Source: Candidatus Altimarinota bacterium
GTDB taxonomy: Bacteria > Patescibacteriota > Gracilibacteria > UBA1369
Length of the DNA stretch: 64,000 bases
Reading direction: 5' to 3'
NCBI GenBank assembly: GCA_963677745.1
Contig: OY782391.1
Location: 1,120,001-1,184,000 of the forward strand
Shown here piece after piece: positions 51,051-59,892 of the stretch. Under the pieces are notes generated by a model. The model worked only from the letters and a program-made list of their open reading frames with translations. It was not told the origin of the DNA and made no database searches. Every line of letters begins with the position of its first letter. Position 1 is the stretch's first letter. Made by a program: the position numbers and the translations under genes.

Positions 51051-51288
51051 GAGGTCTGTCAAGTTGTGGTGGGAATATATTTTAAAACAGCTGTGGGAAG
51101 CCAAAACCGCTGTGAGATATTCCGAAGCGCCCAACGTGCTGATGTCGTAATCAATTTCGTATAACTCCCAATCCCACAGTACGTGAAGGGCGCAACGAGG
51201 TTAAAGTGTGCAAAAAATGCCAAACTGCGCGGGCATTTAAGTGAAGCCACAGCCCGGATGACTAGGCAATGTTGCGCGAAAAACTTTC

Positions 51289-51549
51289 TTAATATTTCTT
51301 CTTAATTTGCATGCCACGTTCTCTTATTCCTCCCAGGGCACACCATATTGCTGCTTCGCATGCAGACTGACTTTCTTCCACCAGATCACCGTTAGAATTT
51401 AGGGAAAATATTGCATTGCTGAGGCAGGCAAGAACGGACTTTAATTTGCCATCACAATTGCAAATTTCTTCTGAGTTAGCCTGTGTTTGTAATGACCTGC
51501 TAAGATCATTTTCAACGCTAACTTTTACTCCTTCAAAATTTTCTTTCAT
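51289..51549 (-). CDS. small hypothetical protein (86 aa)
   Basis: ATG-initiated ORF filling an otherwise empty gap; no recognisable motif. Confidence 0.5.
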   Translation of the reverse strand: MKENFEGVKVSVENDLSRSLQTQANSEEICNCDGKLKSVLACLSNAIFSLNSNGDLVEESQSACEAAIWCALGGIRERGMQIKKKY

Positions 51550-51635
51550 AGGGGCTTTAAGTTAATAGCGTCGAAAATAACATAAAACAAAGAGTAAGTC
51601 AAGGACTCTCCAATTTCTATATTCCCTTCTCACTC

Positions 51636-52649
51636 CTAATACCCCCTCCTGATTCTTCTCACCGTCTCCACCACAAAATTGAACCAGTATTTGGCGGTCA
51701 GCGGCTTGTCCTGACAGTGCAGAAGTGCCTTTCCGGTGCCGCCAAACCCCTGCTTGAAAAAACTCAGACCCGACCAGGGATGTTTGGGAGCGTTCTCCAC
51801 CACGCCCCAGAAATTGTAGCGGGGCAGCCCGCGCTTTTTGGCCTCCAAAATGGCTTCCCACTGGATCAGATAGGAACCGGGGATGCGGTTGTATTCGGAC
51901 AGGGATGCCCCGTGATGGTAAACACCTTCCTTTCCGTAAAACATGATGATGGCACCGGCGATGATTTTGCCTTCATGCTCGGCCAGATAAATTTTTATCT
52001 CGTCGCGCGGACCGAAAATTTCCAACTGGGCTTTTAGATACTCCCAGGAATAAGGGACAAAATGCTGCCGGCGGGAAGTTTCCAGATGTATTTCATAAAA
52101 TTTCCGCAGCAAATCTTCATCCGCCCCCGATAGAAGTTTAACGCCCATTTTCTGGGCCTGTTTGAGGGCGTAACGGGTGTTTTTGCGCATTTCAAACAGC
52201 AGTTCTTTTTCGGATTTGTTCAGGTCCAGCAGCCACAACAATTCCGGGTGCATCATATGCACGGGAGCGTCCCGAAAACCCAGTTTCTTAAACCAGTCCA
52301 GATGTTGCGGCAGGCCGGTCAGCAGCGGACTGATCCTCAGAAAATCCACGCCCTTTCCGGGAAAATTGTTGGTCAGAAAAGTTGTCAGCAAATCCAGCGT
52401 TTCCAAGTCCAGCGCCGGATAAGGCAGAAAAAAATATTTGCCTCTTTTGGCTTTGAAGAGAATTGCCATGTAAGATGAAAGAATTTCTCCGTTATCATTT
52501 TCCACCAGCATGTACAACGGTTCATTACCAAGTCTGGCCTGCATTTGGCCGTAATCATAGGATTGCAGGAAAGAGATGTTTTCCGGATTCAGCCTGTTTT
52601 GACCCAGCTGATAAAGGGAACTGTCGTTGGTAAGTTTAATCTTCGGCAT
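51636..52649 (-). CDS. FemABX-family peptidoglycan bridge aminoacyltransferase
   Basis: SFLQSYDYG, MRKNTRY, YHHGAS, YNFWG, GLSFFKQGFGG. Confidence 0.9.
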   Translation of the reverse strand: MPKIKLTNDSSLYQLGQNRLNPENISFLQSYDYGQMQARLGNEPLYMLVENDNGEILSSYMAILFKAKRGKYFFLPYPALDLETLDLLTTFLTNNFPGKGVDFLRISPLLTGLPQHLDWFKKLGFRDAPVHMMHPELLWLLDLNKSEKELLFEMRKNTRYALKQAQKMGVKLLSGADEDLLRKFYEIHLETSRRQHFVPYSWEYLKAQLEIFGPRDEIKIYLAEHEGKIIAGAIIMFYGKEGVYHHGASLSEYNRIPGSYLIQWEAILEAKKRGLPRYNFWGVVENAPKHPWSGLSFFKQGFGGTGKALLHCQDKPLTAKYWFNFVVETVRRIRRGY

Positions 52650-53907
52650 ATTGATTTACTAATTTTACGATTTTTTGCCAGTCCCGCTGTTTCAGGGAGT
52701 GATGGGTGGGCAGATTGAGAATGCGGGAATTGATGATTTCACAGTGCGGGCATTGACCGTTTTGATATCCGGTTTTTGACTGATCAACATCCGCCGGTGC
52801 CACCGGCACGCTGTACCAGTCGCCCAGCATCACACCCTGCTTTTTGGCCGCCCGCCTGACCTCCGCCGGATTTTTTATCAGCAGGGGATAGCGCAGAAAG
52901 ATTGCGCCGCCTGCGCCGCCATCGTGCGCGCCGCCCAGATCGGCCGGATTCAGTTTTATTCCTTTTTTCAAATGTTGAAAGTAATAGCGGGCGGCGCGGC
53001 GTCGCTGTTCATTGAATTGATCCAACAGGGACATTTGAATCAGCGCGATTGCCGCCATGGCATTGGCCAGCCGTGACACAAACCTAGCCGGTCGATGGCC
53101 TTTTTTTTCGCCGGGGGTAACCTCCAGATTAACCAGTTTCAGTTTCTGACTTGCCACGATCAGTGCTTTCCCCAAACCGATTGAGTATAACAATTTGCCA
53201 AGCGAGAAAATCAGCGGATGTAACAGATTTTGCAAAATCACTCCAGTTCCCCAGTTTTTAAGATGCTTTTCCTGGTCGGTCAGACCGGGAATGAAACTGG
53301 GATTATTGCAGATCACCATCCCGCCGTTAACGCAGGAAATTACTTTCGATCTGCCCAGACTGAAAAAAGCCAGATCACCAAAACTGCCGACCTGCTTTCC
53401 CTCCGCCGTGGCTCCCAGTGAATGGGCGCAGTCCTCAATCAGAATCAAATTTTTCTCACGGCAGATTTTCAGAATTTCCGTAATTTTTCCGGGGACGCCG
53501 AAGGTATGTTGGACTATCACCACTTTGGTTTTTGGAGTGATTTTTTTTCGCAGATCTTCCGGATCCAGATTAAATTGGTCGTCGATATCTGCATAAACAG
53601 GTTTGAGTCCGCTCCAGATGATGGAATTGGTTACCACCATGCAGGTGAAACTTTGCAGCAGTACCTCACTTCCTTGCTCCAGCTTCAGACTGCTCAAAAT
53701 TTGCAGCAGGGCTTCCCGGCCGCTGCCCACCGCCAGCGCATAATCGGCATCGAATTTTTCCCGAAACAGTTGCTCCAGCTTTGCTACGGCGGGGCCTTTT
53801 TTCCAGCGAAACCAGTTCCAGGGAAGCACCAAAAAGGCCAGGGCTGTCATCGTGTCCTTCCAGGTGTTATTGGGGGAAAGAGCGATATGTATGGATTTAT
53901 GGCACAT
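52636..53907 (-). CDS. DegT/DnrJ/EryC1/StrS PLP-dependent aminotransferase
   Basis: SGREAL, QHTFG, IEDCAHSLG, FSLGRSK, ILNLPTH. Confidence 0.9.
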   Translation of the reverse strand: MCHKSIHIALSPNNTWKDTMTALAFLVLPWNWFRWKKGPAVAKLEQLFREKFDADYALAVGSGREALLQILSSLKLEQGSEVLLQSFTCMVVTNSIIWSGLKPVYADIDDQFNLDPEDLRKKITPKTKVVIVQHTFGVPGKITEILKICREKNLILIEDCAHSLGATAEGKQVGSFGDLAFFSLGRSKVISCVNGGMVICNNPSFIPGLTDQEKHLKNWGTGVILQNLLHPLIFSLGKLLYSIGLGKALIVASQKLKLVNLEVTPGEKKGHRPARFVSRLANAMAAIALIQMSLLDQFNEQRRRAARYYFQHLKKGIKLNPADLGGAHDGGAGGAIFLRYPLLIKNPAEVRRAAKKQGVMLGDWYSVPVAPADVDQSKTGYQNGQCPHCEIINSRILNLPTHHSLKQRDWQKIVKLVNQYAED

Positions 53908-55561
53908 TTTGCAGTTTCTTTAAAACCTGTTCGCTGCCGCGGCTGATGAATAACACCACACTTTTTTTCTGGGCCAGCCGGTCGCGCAGACTGATCAGTA
54001 ACTTTTTCTGGTCATTTACTATGAATTCAAAATTCTGATATTTTTTATCTCGCATGGCGGCACGGAGGGGTCTGCCAAAATCATGGGAGGTGAAATAAGC
54101 AAAGTCGCAAACCTCGGCGATTTTTTTGCCGACTTTTTCATGTTCCTCATAGGTCATTTTGCCCAGCTCCAGCATTCCCGGGAAAATAATGATTTTTTGC
54201 CAGTCAGTGTAGGTATTCAGATAATTCAGCGCTGCTATTACGCCGTCCGGATTGGCATTGTAGGTATCGTCAATAATGGACAGCTCGGGAGTGGGGTTCA
54301 GCACGGAGAGAGTGTGTTCCCGCAATTTGACCTTTTTGACCTCGGGCGCCATTTCTTCCAGAGTCAGTCCCAATTCCAATCCAACCGCCAACGCTCCAAG
54401 CAGATTACTCAAGTTATGCAGGCCGGGTACCGGGGCAAAAAATTGTATCCCTTCCACTTTGAATTCCAATCCTTCACGGGTTTCCTTAATTGCGGTTGCC
54501 TGCAAGTTGGCATCGGGATGTTCCCCGTAAGTCACAATTTTGGCCAGATTGAGCATTTTGGCGCGTCGGGAAAGGTCATGTGCGCCTTCATTACCGATAT
54601 TGAACATTGCCGTCCCGAATTCCGGCAGGCTTTCAATCAGCTCAAACTTGGCTGCCTTGATGTTTTCCAGGGAACCGAAAAGTGCCAGATGGCTGTCTTT
54701 CACGGCTGTTACCACGGCGATGCGGGGAGCAACCATCCGGCAGATCTTCTGAATTTCACCCTTTTTATAGGCGCCTGCTTCCACAATAAATATTTCGTGT
54801 TCCGGTTTCAGGTTTTTTAGAACAATCCTGGCCACGCCGATTTCCGTATTGGTGTTACCAGGAGTTTTTAGAACTTTAAATTTTGAGCTTAAAATCTGGG
54901 CCAGAAATTCTTTGGTACTGCTTTTGCCATAGCTGCCGGTAATACCAATCACCTTGAGGCCCTGCAGCCGGGCGATCTTACGCTTGGCCCTGGACAGTAC
55001 CAGTGTTTTCGAAAGCAGAGTGATCGGATAAAAAAACAAAATTACCAGGGCGTTGATAAAGGGCGTCAGCAGACTGAAAAAGGCCAATACCGGCAGGAAC
55101 ACCAGTGCCTGGCCGGGAGCCAGAATCAACCAGACCGGGTACGCCAGGGAACCGGCCAATGTGATCAGCACAATCAGATAAGCCTTGGCGGTCAAATCCG
55201 GCCGGTACAACCGGTGCTGCAGAAAACGAAAGGATGCGTTGAAAATTTCGGCAAAACAGAGAATCAAAGTCAGAAAATAAATATTGCACCACAGCTGGCT
55301 CATTGTATCCAAAGCCTGTATCTGATCTCTAACCAGCAGCGGTATGAACAGGTAACCCGAAAGCGAGACCAGCAAAAGCAGCAGTCTGCCCCACCAGAAT
55401 ATGTTAAAAAAGCGGCTCCGACCAGACGGAGTGCGCAGAAAATCCCTGAGACGGTCCCAGCGGTACTCTTTCAGTTGCCAGAAATAAGTATAATAGAGTG
55501 TGGAATTTATAATCGACCCCAGAATTATTATAAAAATCAGATTGTTGATCAGATTTTGCAT
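53897..55561 (-). CDS. murF: MurF-like Mur ligase with N-terminal TM domain
   Basis: GITGSYGKSSTKE, KTPGNTN, DDTYNANPDG, PGMLELG; about 5 N-terminal TMs. Confidence 0.88.
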   Translation of the reverse strand: MQNLINNLIFIIILGSIINSTLYYTYFWQLKEYRWDRLRDFLRTPSGRSRFFNIFWWGRLLLLLVSLSGYLFIPLLVRDQIQALDTMSQLWCNIYFLTLILCFAEIFNASFRFLQHRLYRPDLTAKAYLIVLITLAGSLAYPVWLILAPGQALVFLPVLAFFSLLTPFINALVILFFYPITLLSKTLVLSRAKRKIARLQGLKVIGITGSYGKSSTKEFLAQILSSKFKVLKTPGNTNTEIGVARIVLKNLKPEHEIFIVEAGAYKKGEIQKICRMVAPRIAVVTAVKDSHLALFGSLENIKAAKFELIESLPEFGTAMFNIGNEGAHDLSRRAKMLNLAKIVTYGEHPDANLQATAIKETREGLEFKVEGIQFFAPVPGLHNLSNLLGALAVGLELGLTLEEMAPEVKKVKLREHTLSVLNPTPELSIIDDTYNANPDGVIAALNYLNTYTDWQKIIIFPGMLELGKMTYEEHEKVGKKIAEVCDFAYFTSHDFGRPLRAAMRDKKYQNFEFIVNDQKKLLISLRDRLAQKKSVVLFISRGSEQVLKKLQNVP

Positions 55562-56374
55562 TTATTTTCTTAAAAAATCGGCGATGTGGGGAGCCAGCAT
55601 GGCGGCGTGGGTTTTATGTATGCCGTGTCTGCCGTCGGGTACGGTGATCAGTTGGCTGCCCAGAATGTATTTGTGCATCATCAGACCGTCGGAATAGGGA
55701 ACATAAGAATCTTTTTTGCCCCAGATCACCAGAGCGGGATTTTTGACGTGGGAAATGGAAGCGGCCAAATCCTCATCAATAATTTTTAGAAAAGTTTCCC
55801 TCATAATACCGGTGCTTTTTTCGTAATCGTGGGATTTGAGGATTCTATAAAGAATTTTTTGGGCGGCCGGGGCCAGTTTTTTCAGCACCGGCAGTTTCAT
55901 AACGCGTTTTCCCGCCTTGGCCGCCACCCCGGCCGCCCGCAGCCGCATCGAGGGCTGATGTTTTACTCCAGCCGCAGCAATCAGTACCAGTTTATCGGGC
56001 CTTTCCGTTATCTGGTGTTCAAAATCGGTGGACAATAATTTCAGAGCCACCCGGCCTCCGAATGAATGTACTGCCAAATCGTAATTGCCGGACCAGTCAA
56101 ATTCCCGGTAGCAGCCGGCCACCAGTTTTTCAAAAAAATGAGCATAATCCGAAACTCCCCAGGGACGAACGGGTTCCTCGCTTTCTCCGAAACCGGGAAA
56201 ATCCAGCGCCACCAGCGATCTTTCCTCGTCGATACCCAGCTTTTCCAGCTCAGCAGTCAGTTTTCCCCAGGATTCCTTGGTGCCGCCCCAGCCATGCAGA
56301 AAAAAAAGCGGTTCACCTTTCCCCGTTAATGTCAGAGCAACTGTTCTTCCGTCAATATTAATAAGCTTTTTCAT
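55562..56374 (-). CDS. alpha/beta hydrolase
   Basis: FLHGWG, DFPGFGES, HSFGG nucleophile elbow, WGKKD, RHG. Confidence 0.92.
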   Translation of the reverse strand: MKKLINIDGRTVALTLTGKGEPLFFLHGWGGTKESWGKLTAELEKLGIDEERSLVALDFPGFGESEEPVRPWGVSDYAHFFEKLVAGCYREFDWSGNYDLAVHSFGGRVALKLLSTDFEHQITERPDKLVLIAAAGVKHQPSMRLRAAGVAAKAGKRVMKLPVLKKLAPAAQKILYRILKSHDYEKSTGIMRETFLKIIDEDLAASISHVKNPALVIWGKKDSYVPYSDGLMMHKYILGSQLITVPDGRHGIHKTHAAMLAPHIADFLRK

Positions 56375-56477
56375 ACTGGCCTGCCCTTATAAAATTTCCG
56401 ACGGGCATGTGTATTGTAAATGAAATTGGAAATTCTGCAAAAAAATGCTAAATTTGGCCCGCCATAACACCCTAAAA

Positions 56478-57152
56478 ATGATTGAACAGGAAAATATCCA
56501 GGTCCGTGCCGCATTCGGCCCGACTTTCATGTCCAAAGTATACTTCTTTTTTGGCTTGGCGGTCGCGGTATCCACTGCCGGCGCCTACCTGGGGCTCAAC
56601 TACCTGGTTAAATATTTCGTTACTTCACCCGCACTCACTTACGGCTTGATTATTGCCGAATTGGCTCTGATCCTGACTTCCGGCTGGTGGAGCAGGACCC
56701 GTCCCCTCAATTATCTGCTGTTTTCCCTTTTCGCGCTGGTTACAGGGCTGACACTGGTGCCCATTCTGGCTTATTTCTCCCTCTCCAGCGGGGGCATGGA
56801 TTTGCTCATTAAAGCGCTTACCGCCACCGCCCTGATGTTCGGCGCCTGCGCGATTTTCGGACAGACCACCCATTATAATCTGCAGGGATTGGGAGGATTC
56901 CTGATGATGTCCCTTTTGGGCATGATTATCGTCGGCCTGGTGGGGATGTTTTTGCCCTGGAGCAACACCTTTGAGATGATTTATTCCGGAATCGGGGTGG
57001 TAATTTTCAGCGGATATACCATGTATGACATTCAAAGACTGAAAACCTATCCGGAAGACCGCTATATTGACGCCGCACTGCAATTGTATCTGGATATTTT
57101 CAATTTGTTCCTGTACATCCTGAGACTACTGAGCGCACTCAACCGCCGTTAG
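56478..57152 (+). CDS. Bax inhibitor-1/YccA family membrane protein
   Basis: Seven TMs, YTMYDIQ, AALQLYLDIFNLF; start placed after TGCTAAATT (56446). Confidence 0.93.
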   Translation: MIEQENIQVRAAFGPTFMSKVYFFFGLAVAVSTAGAYLGLNYLVKYFVTSPALTYGLIIAELALILTSGWWSRTRPLNYLLFSLFALVTGLTLVPILAYFSLSSGGMDLLIKALTATALMFGACAIFGQTTHYNLQGLGGFLMMSLLGMIIVGLVGMFLPWSNTFEMIYSGIGVVIFSGYTMYDIQRLKTYPEDRYIDAALQLYLDIFNLFLYILRLLSALNRR

Positions 57153-57163
57153 TAAACAACCAT

Positions 57164-57721
57164 ATGATTAAAGACATCACCTCAATTAAAATCGGGCCGG
57201 TTTGGAATGGCGGCCGCGGGGCCACCTATAAGGAGGAAATCGAGGCCGTGGCCGACTTCGGTCCCGATCTGAAATTGGACGAACCAATCACCGCGCAGCT
57301 GATGCTGATCAGAATGAAAAACGGCATTACCGTGGTTATAAGTGATCTGCAAACCGGTCTGGCCGCGACCTGTGCCCGCTGTCTGGATAAGTTTTCCCAG
57401 TCCATCGAAATAGCCTCCACCGAGGCGCACTTTTATGAGGAACCTCCCAAAAAAGATTTTGATTTACTGGAAGTTAATTTTATCAGGACACAGGATATGT
57501 CGATCGACCTTACTGAAGCCCTGCGGCAAGAAATAATCTTGCATTTTCCAATGATTCCAGTATGCTCTGAGCGCTGTCGGGGGCTATGTGAGTCATGTCG
57601 GGTTAACCTCAACCATTCCCCGCATAGCAAGGATTGCCGGCGGGAAAAAGAGCCCGAGGAAAAACCGGAAACCGACCAAAACCGCCCTTTCGCACATTTG
57701 AAAGATTTGCTAAACAAATAG
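57164..57721 (+). CDS. yceD: DUF177/YceD protein
   Basis: CARCL, IDL, P..PVCSERCRGLCESC, PFAHLKDL; upstream of rpmF. Confidence 0.92.
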   Translation: MIKDITSIKIGPVWNGGRGATYKEEIEAVADFGPDLKLDEPITAQLMLIRMKNGITVVISDLQTGLAATCARCLDKFSQSIEIASTEAHFYEEPPKKDFDLLEVNFIRTQDMSIDLTEALRQEIILHFPMIPVCSERCRGLCESCRVNLNHSPHSKDCRREKEPEEKPETDQNRPFAHLKDLLNK

Positions 57722-57746
57722 TATCAAATATTAATTATTTAAAGTT

Positions 57747-57938
57747 ATGGCCAAGCATCCAGTACCAAAGTACAAGATGACCAAGAGCCGCTCGAAGTCC
57801 AGGCACAGCACTTTCATGTCCAGGACCAGAGTGAAGCTCACCGGAGTTGTTGATAAGATGAAAAATCTTGAGTTAAAAGGAGCCCTGAAACTGCGCGAAA
57901 AGACCAAGAAAGCAGTTGTCAAAAAGGTTAAGGCTTAG
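57747..57938 (+). CDS. rpmF: 50S ribosomal protein L32 (Cys-free, divergent)
   Basis: PVPKYKMTKSRSKSR N-terminus; position between yceD and nusB. Confidence 0.8.
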   Translation: MAKHPVPKYKMTKSRSKSRHSTFMSRTRVKLTGVVDKMKNLELKGALKLREKTKKAVVKKVKA

Positions 57939-58011
57939 TCAAAAAACGACTGGGAAATAGGCAGAGAGTCTGCTATAATCACAAGATACTTAACAACTTA
58001 CTCGAGCCCCT

Positions 58012-58491
58012 ATGGCAAGCTACAGGCATCTGGCCAGAATCGCCGTCATGCAGACTTTGTTCGCTTACGAATTCCGTAACGAACTGGTAAAGCCTGATCT
58101 GGAATCGAATTGCCGGGAATTTTCTGATAAACTGACCGATTTAAGTTTCGCCCGGGAAATACTGGAGGGCGTGCTTAAGCATAAGAAGGAAATCCGGGAT
58201 ATCATCGGCAAAGAAGCCCCCGAATGGCCTTTTGAAAGAATAGCTTTGGCCGATCGCGTAATTCTGGAAATGGGCATTTATGAGATTATCTTTTCCCCGG
58301 ATGTGCCACCGGTGGTGGCCATCAACGAAGCCATCGAAATCTCCAAGGTTTTCGGAGACCTCAACAGCAGCAAATTCATCAATGGGGTGCTCAGTACCAT
58401 CATGAATAAATATCCCCACATTATTGAGGGGAAAAAATTAAAAAAAGAAAAGAAAGTTAAATCGGCTAAAAAAGACAAGCATGCTGGCTGA
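58012..58491 (+). CDS. nusB: transcription antitermination factor NusB
   Basis: RHLAR, VAINEAIEISK, FINGVL. Confidence 0.96.
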   Translation: MASYRHLARIAVMQTLFAYEFRNELVKPDLESNCREFSDKLTDLSFAREILEGVLKHKKEIRDIIGKEAPEWPFERIALADRVILEMGIYEIIFSPDVPPVVAINEAIEISKVFGDLNSSKFINGVLSTIMNKYPHIIEGKKLKKEKKVKSAKKDKHAG

Positions 58492-59200
58492 AAGATACAA
58501 AGCTTTGATCGAACAACTTGACCTGAGTTTCAATAATCTGGAACTTTTGGATTTGGCCTTTGTGCATAAATCCTATCTCAACGAGCATCGCGATCTTAAG
58601 ATTGCCCATAACGAGCGTCTGGAATTTTTGGGTGATGCCGTGCTGGAATTGATTGTCACCGATTATCTCTATAAAAAATATCCGGAGCATGAGGAAGGCG
58701 ATCTGACCAACTGGAGATCTGCTCTGGTAAAGGGCAAACATCTGGCGGAAATCGCCATCGAGCTGGAGCTGGGCGTCTATTTGTATTTGAGCAGGGGAGA
58801 GGAACGTTCCGGCGGACGGAAGAAAAATTATATTTTGGCCAATACGCTGGAAGCTTTGATTGGAGCCGTTTATCTGGATCAGGGCTATCAGGGAGCCGAT
58901 AGTTTTGCCGGTAAATTTATTCTGGGCCGGCTGGATCAGATACTGGAAAAAGGTTTGCATATAGATGCCAAATCCCGCTTTCAGGAAATTGCCCAGGAAC
59001 TTTTGGGGGTGACGCCGGATTATATTTTCATCTCGGAAACCGGACCCGATCACAACAAAAATTTCACTATGGGACTGTTTCTGGGAAAAGAAAAAATTTC
59101 CGAAGGACAGGGGTCGAGCAAACAAAAAGCCGAACAGGAGGCGGCGGTTAACGGGCTAAAAGCCAAAAACTGGGAACATATTCAGTTGACCACCGATTGA
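58481..59200 (+). CDS. rnc: ribonuclease III
   Basis: HNERLEFLGDAVL, EALIGAVYLD, dsRBD. Confidence 0.98.
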   Translation: MLAERYKALIEQLDLSFNNLELLDLAFVHKSYLNEHRDLKIAHNERLEFLGDAVLELIVTDYLYKKYPEHEEGDLTNWRSALVKGKHLAEIAIELELGVYLYLSRGEERSGGRKKNYILANTLEALIGAVYLDQGYQGADSFAGKFILGRLDQILEKGLHIDAKSRFQEIAQELLGVTPDYIFISETGPDHNKNFTMGLFLGKEKISEGQGSSKQKAEQEAAVNGLKAKNWEHIQLTTD

Positions 59201-59346
59201 GTATTGACCGGAGCCGGTGCTATGGCAGTCCGGTTGTTTTTATCGGCCCAATACCAGACTGAAAAAATTACAGCCGCCACCAGGACAATGAGAAGCAGCT
59301 TCAAGCCAAATTGCCGGTTTCTTTGTTTTTGGGAAGTGCTGGACAT
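59182..59346 (-). CDS. small single-TM protein
   Basis: MSSTSQKQRNRQFGLKLLLIVLVAAVIFSVWYW. Confidence 0.6.
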   Translation of the reverse strand: MSSTSQKQRNRQFGLKLLLIVLVAAVIFSVWYWADKNNRTAIAPAPVNTQSVVN

Positions 59347-59445
59347 ATTATTAATAGTTAACTGACACCAGATTAGCACAATATTTCCAGTTGGCAAAAT
59401 CACCGGAAAAAACATATTATTCAGTTAACAGATCTATCAATTTTT

Positions 59446-59892
59446 GTGAATAATAATCAACATCAAGCTGACACCAGGGAATACTCGGCCGGTGTAGTAC
59501 TGTTTCGTGAAATAAACGGCAAGCGCAAGTACCTGATTTTACATTATCCGGGCGGACACTTTGATTTCCCCAAGGGGCATCTGGAAAAAGGCGAAACCGA
59601 AACCATGGCGGCCATCCGCGAACTGGAAGAGGAAACCGGTATTTCCGTGGACTCGGTCTTTGAAGGTTTCAGTACGGCTATCACCTATTTGTTCCGCCGG
59701 CCCCAAAAACTTGTCCACAAAACCGTGACTTTTTTTCTGGCCCGGGCCGATTCCGGTGAAATTAAAATATCGCATGAACATCAGGGCTATTTATGGTTGG
59801 ATTTTGAAAGCGCCTTGTCTAAAATTACTTTCGAAAACGCCCGGGGAGTACTGCGTAGGGCTGAAGAATTTTTAAATAAACAATCAACATGA
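59446..59892 (+). CDS. NUDIX hydrolase (Ap4A hydrolase-like)
   Basis: SAGVVLFR, FPKGHLEKGET...AAIRELEEETG, SHEH. Confidence 0.92.
   Translation: MNNNQHQADTREYSAGVVLFREINGKRKYLILHYPGGHFDFPKGHLEKGETETMAAIRELEEETGISVDSVFEGFSTAITYLFRRPQKLVHKTVTFFLARADSGEIKISHEHQGYLWLDFESALSKITFENARGVLRRAEEFLNKQST

Noticed and set aside
51157-51185. TCGTATAAC resembling the start of a purine riboswitch
   Set aside because: The downstream UAUGG, GUUUCUACC and CCGUAAA elements are missing.
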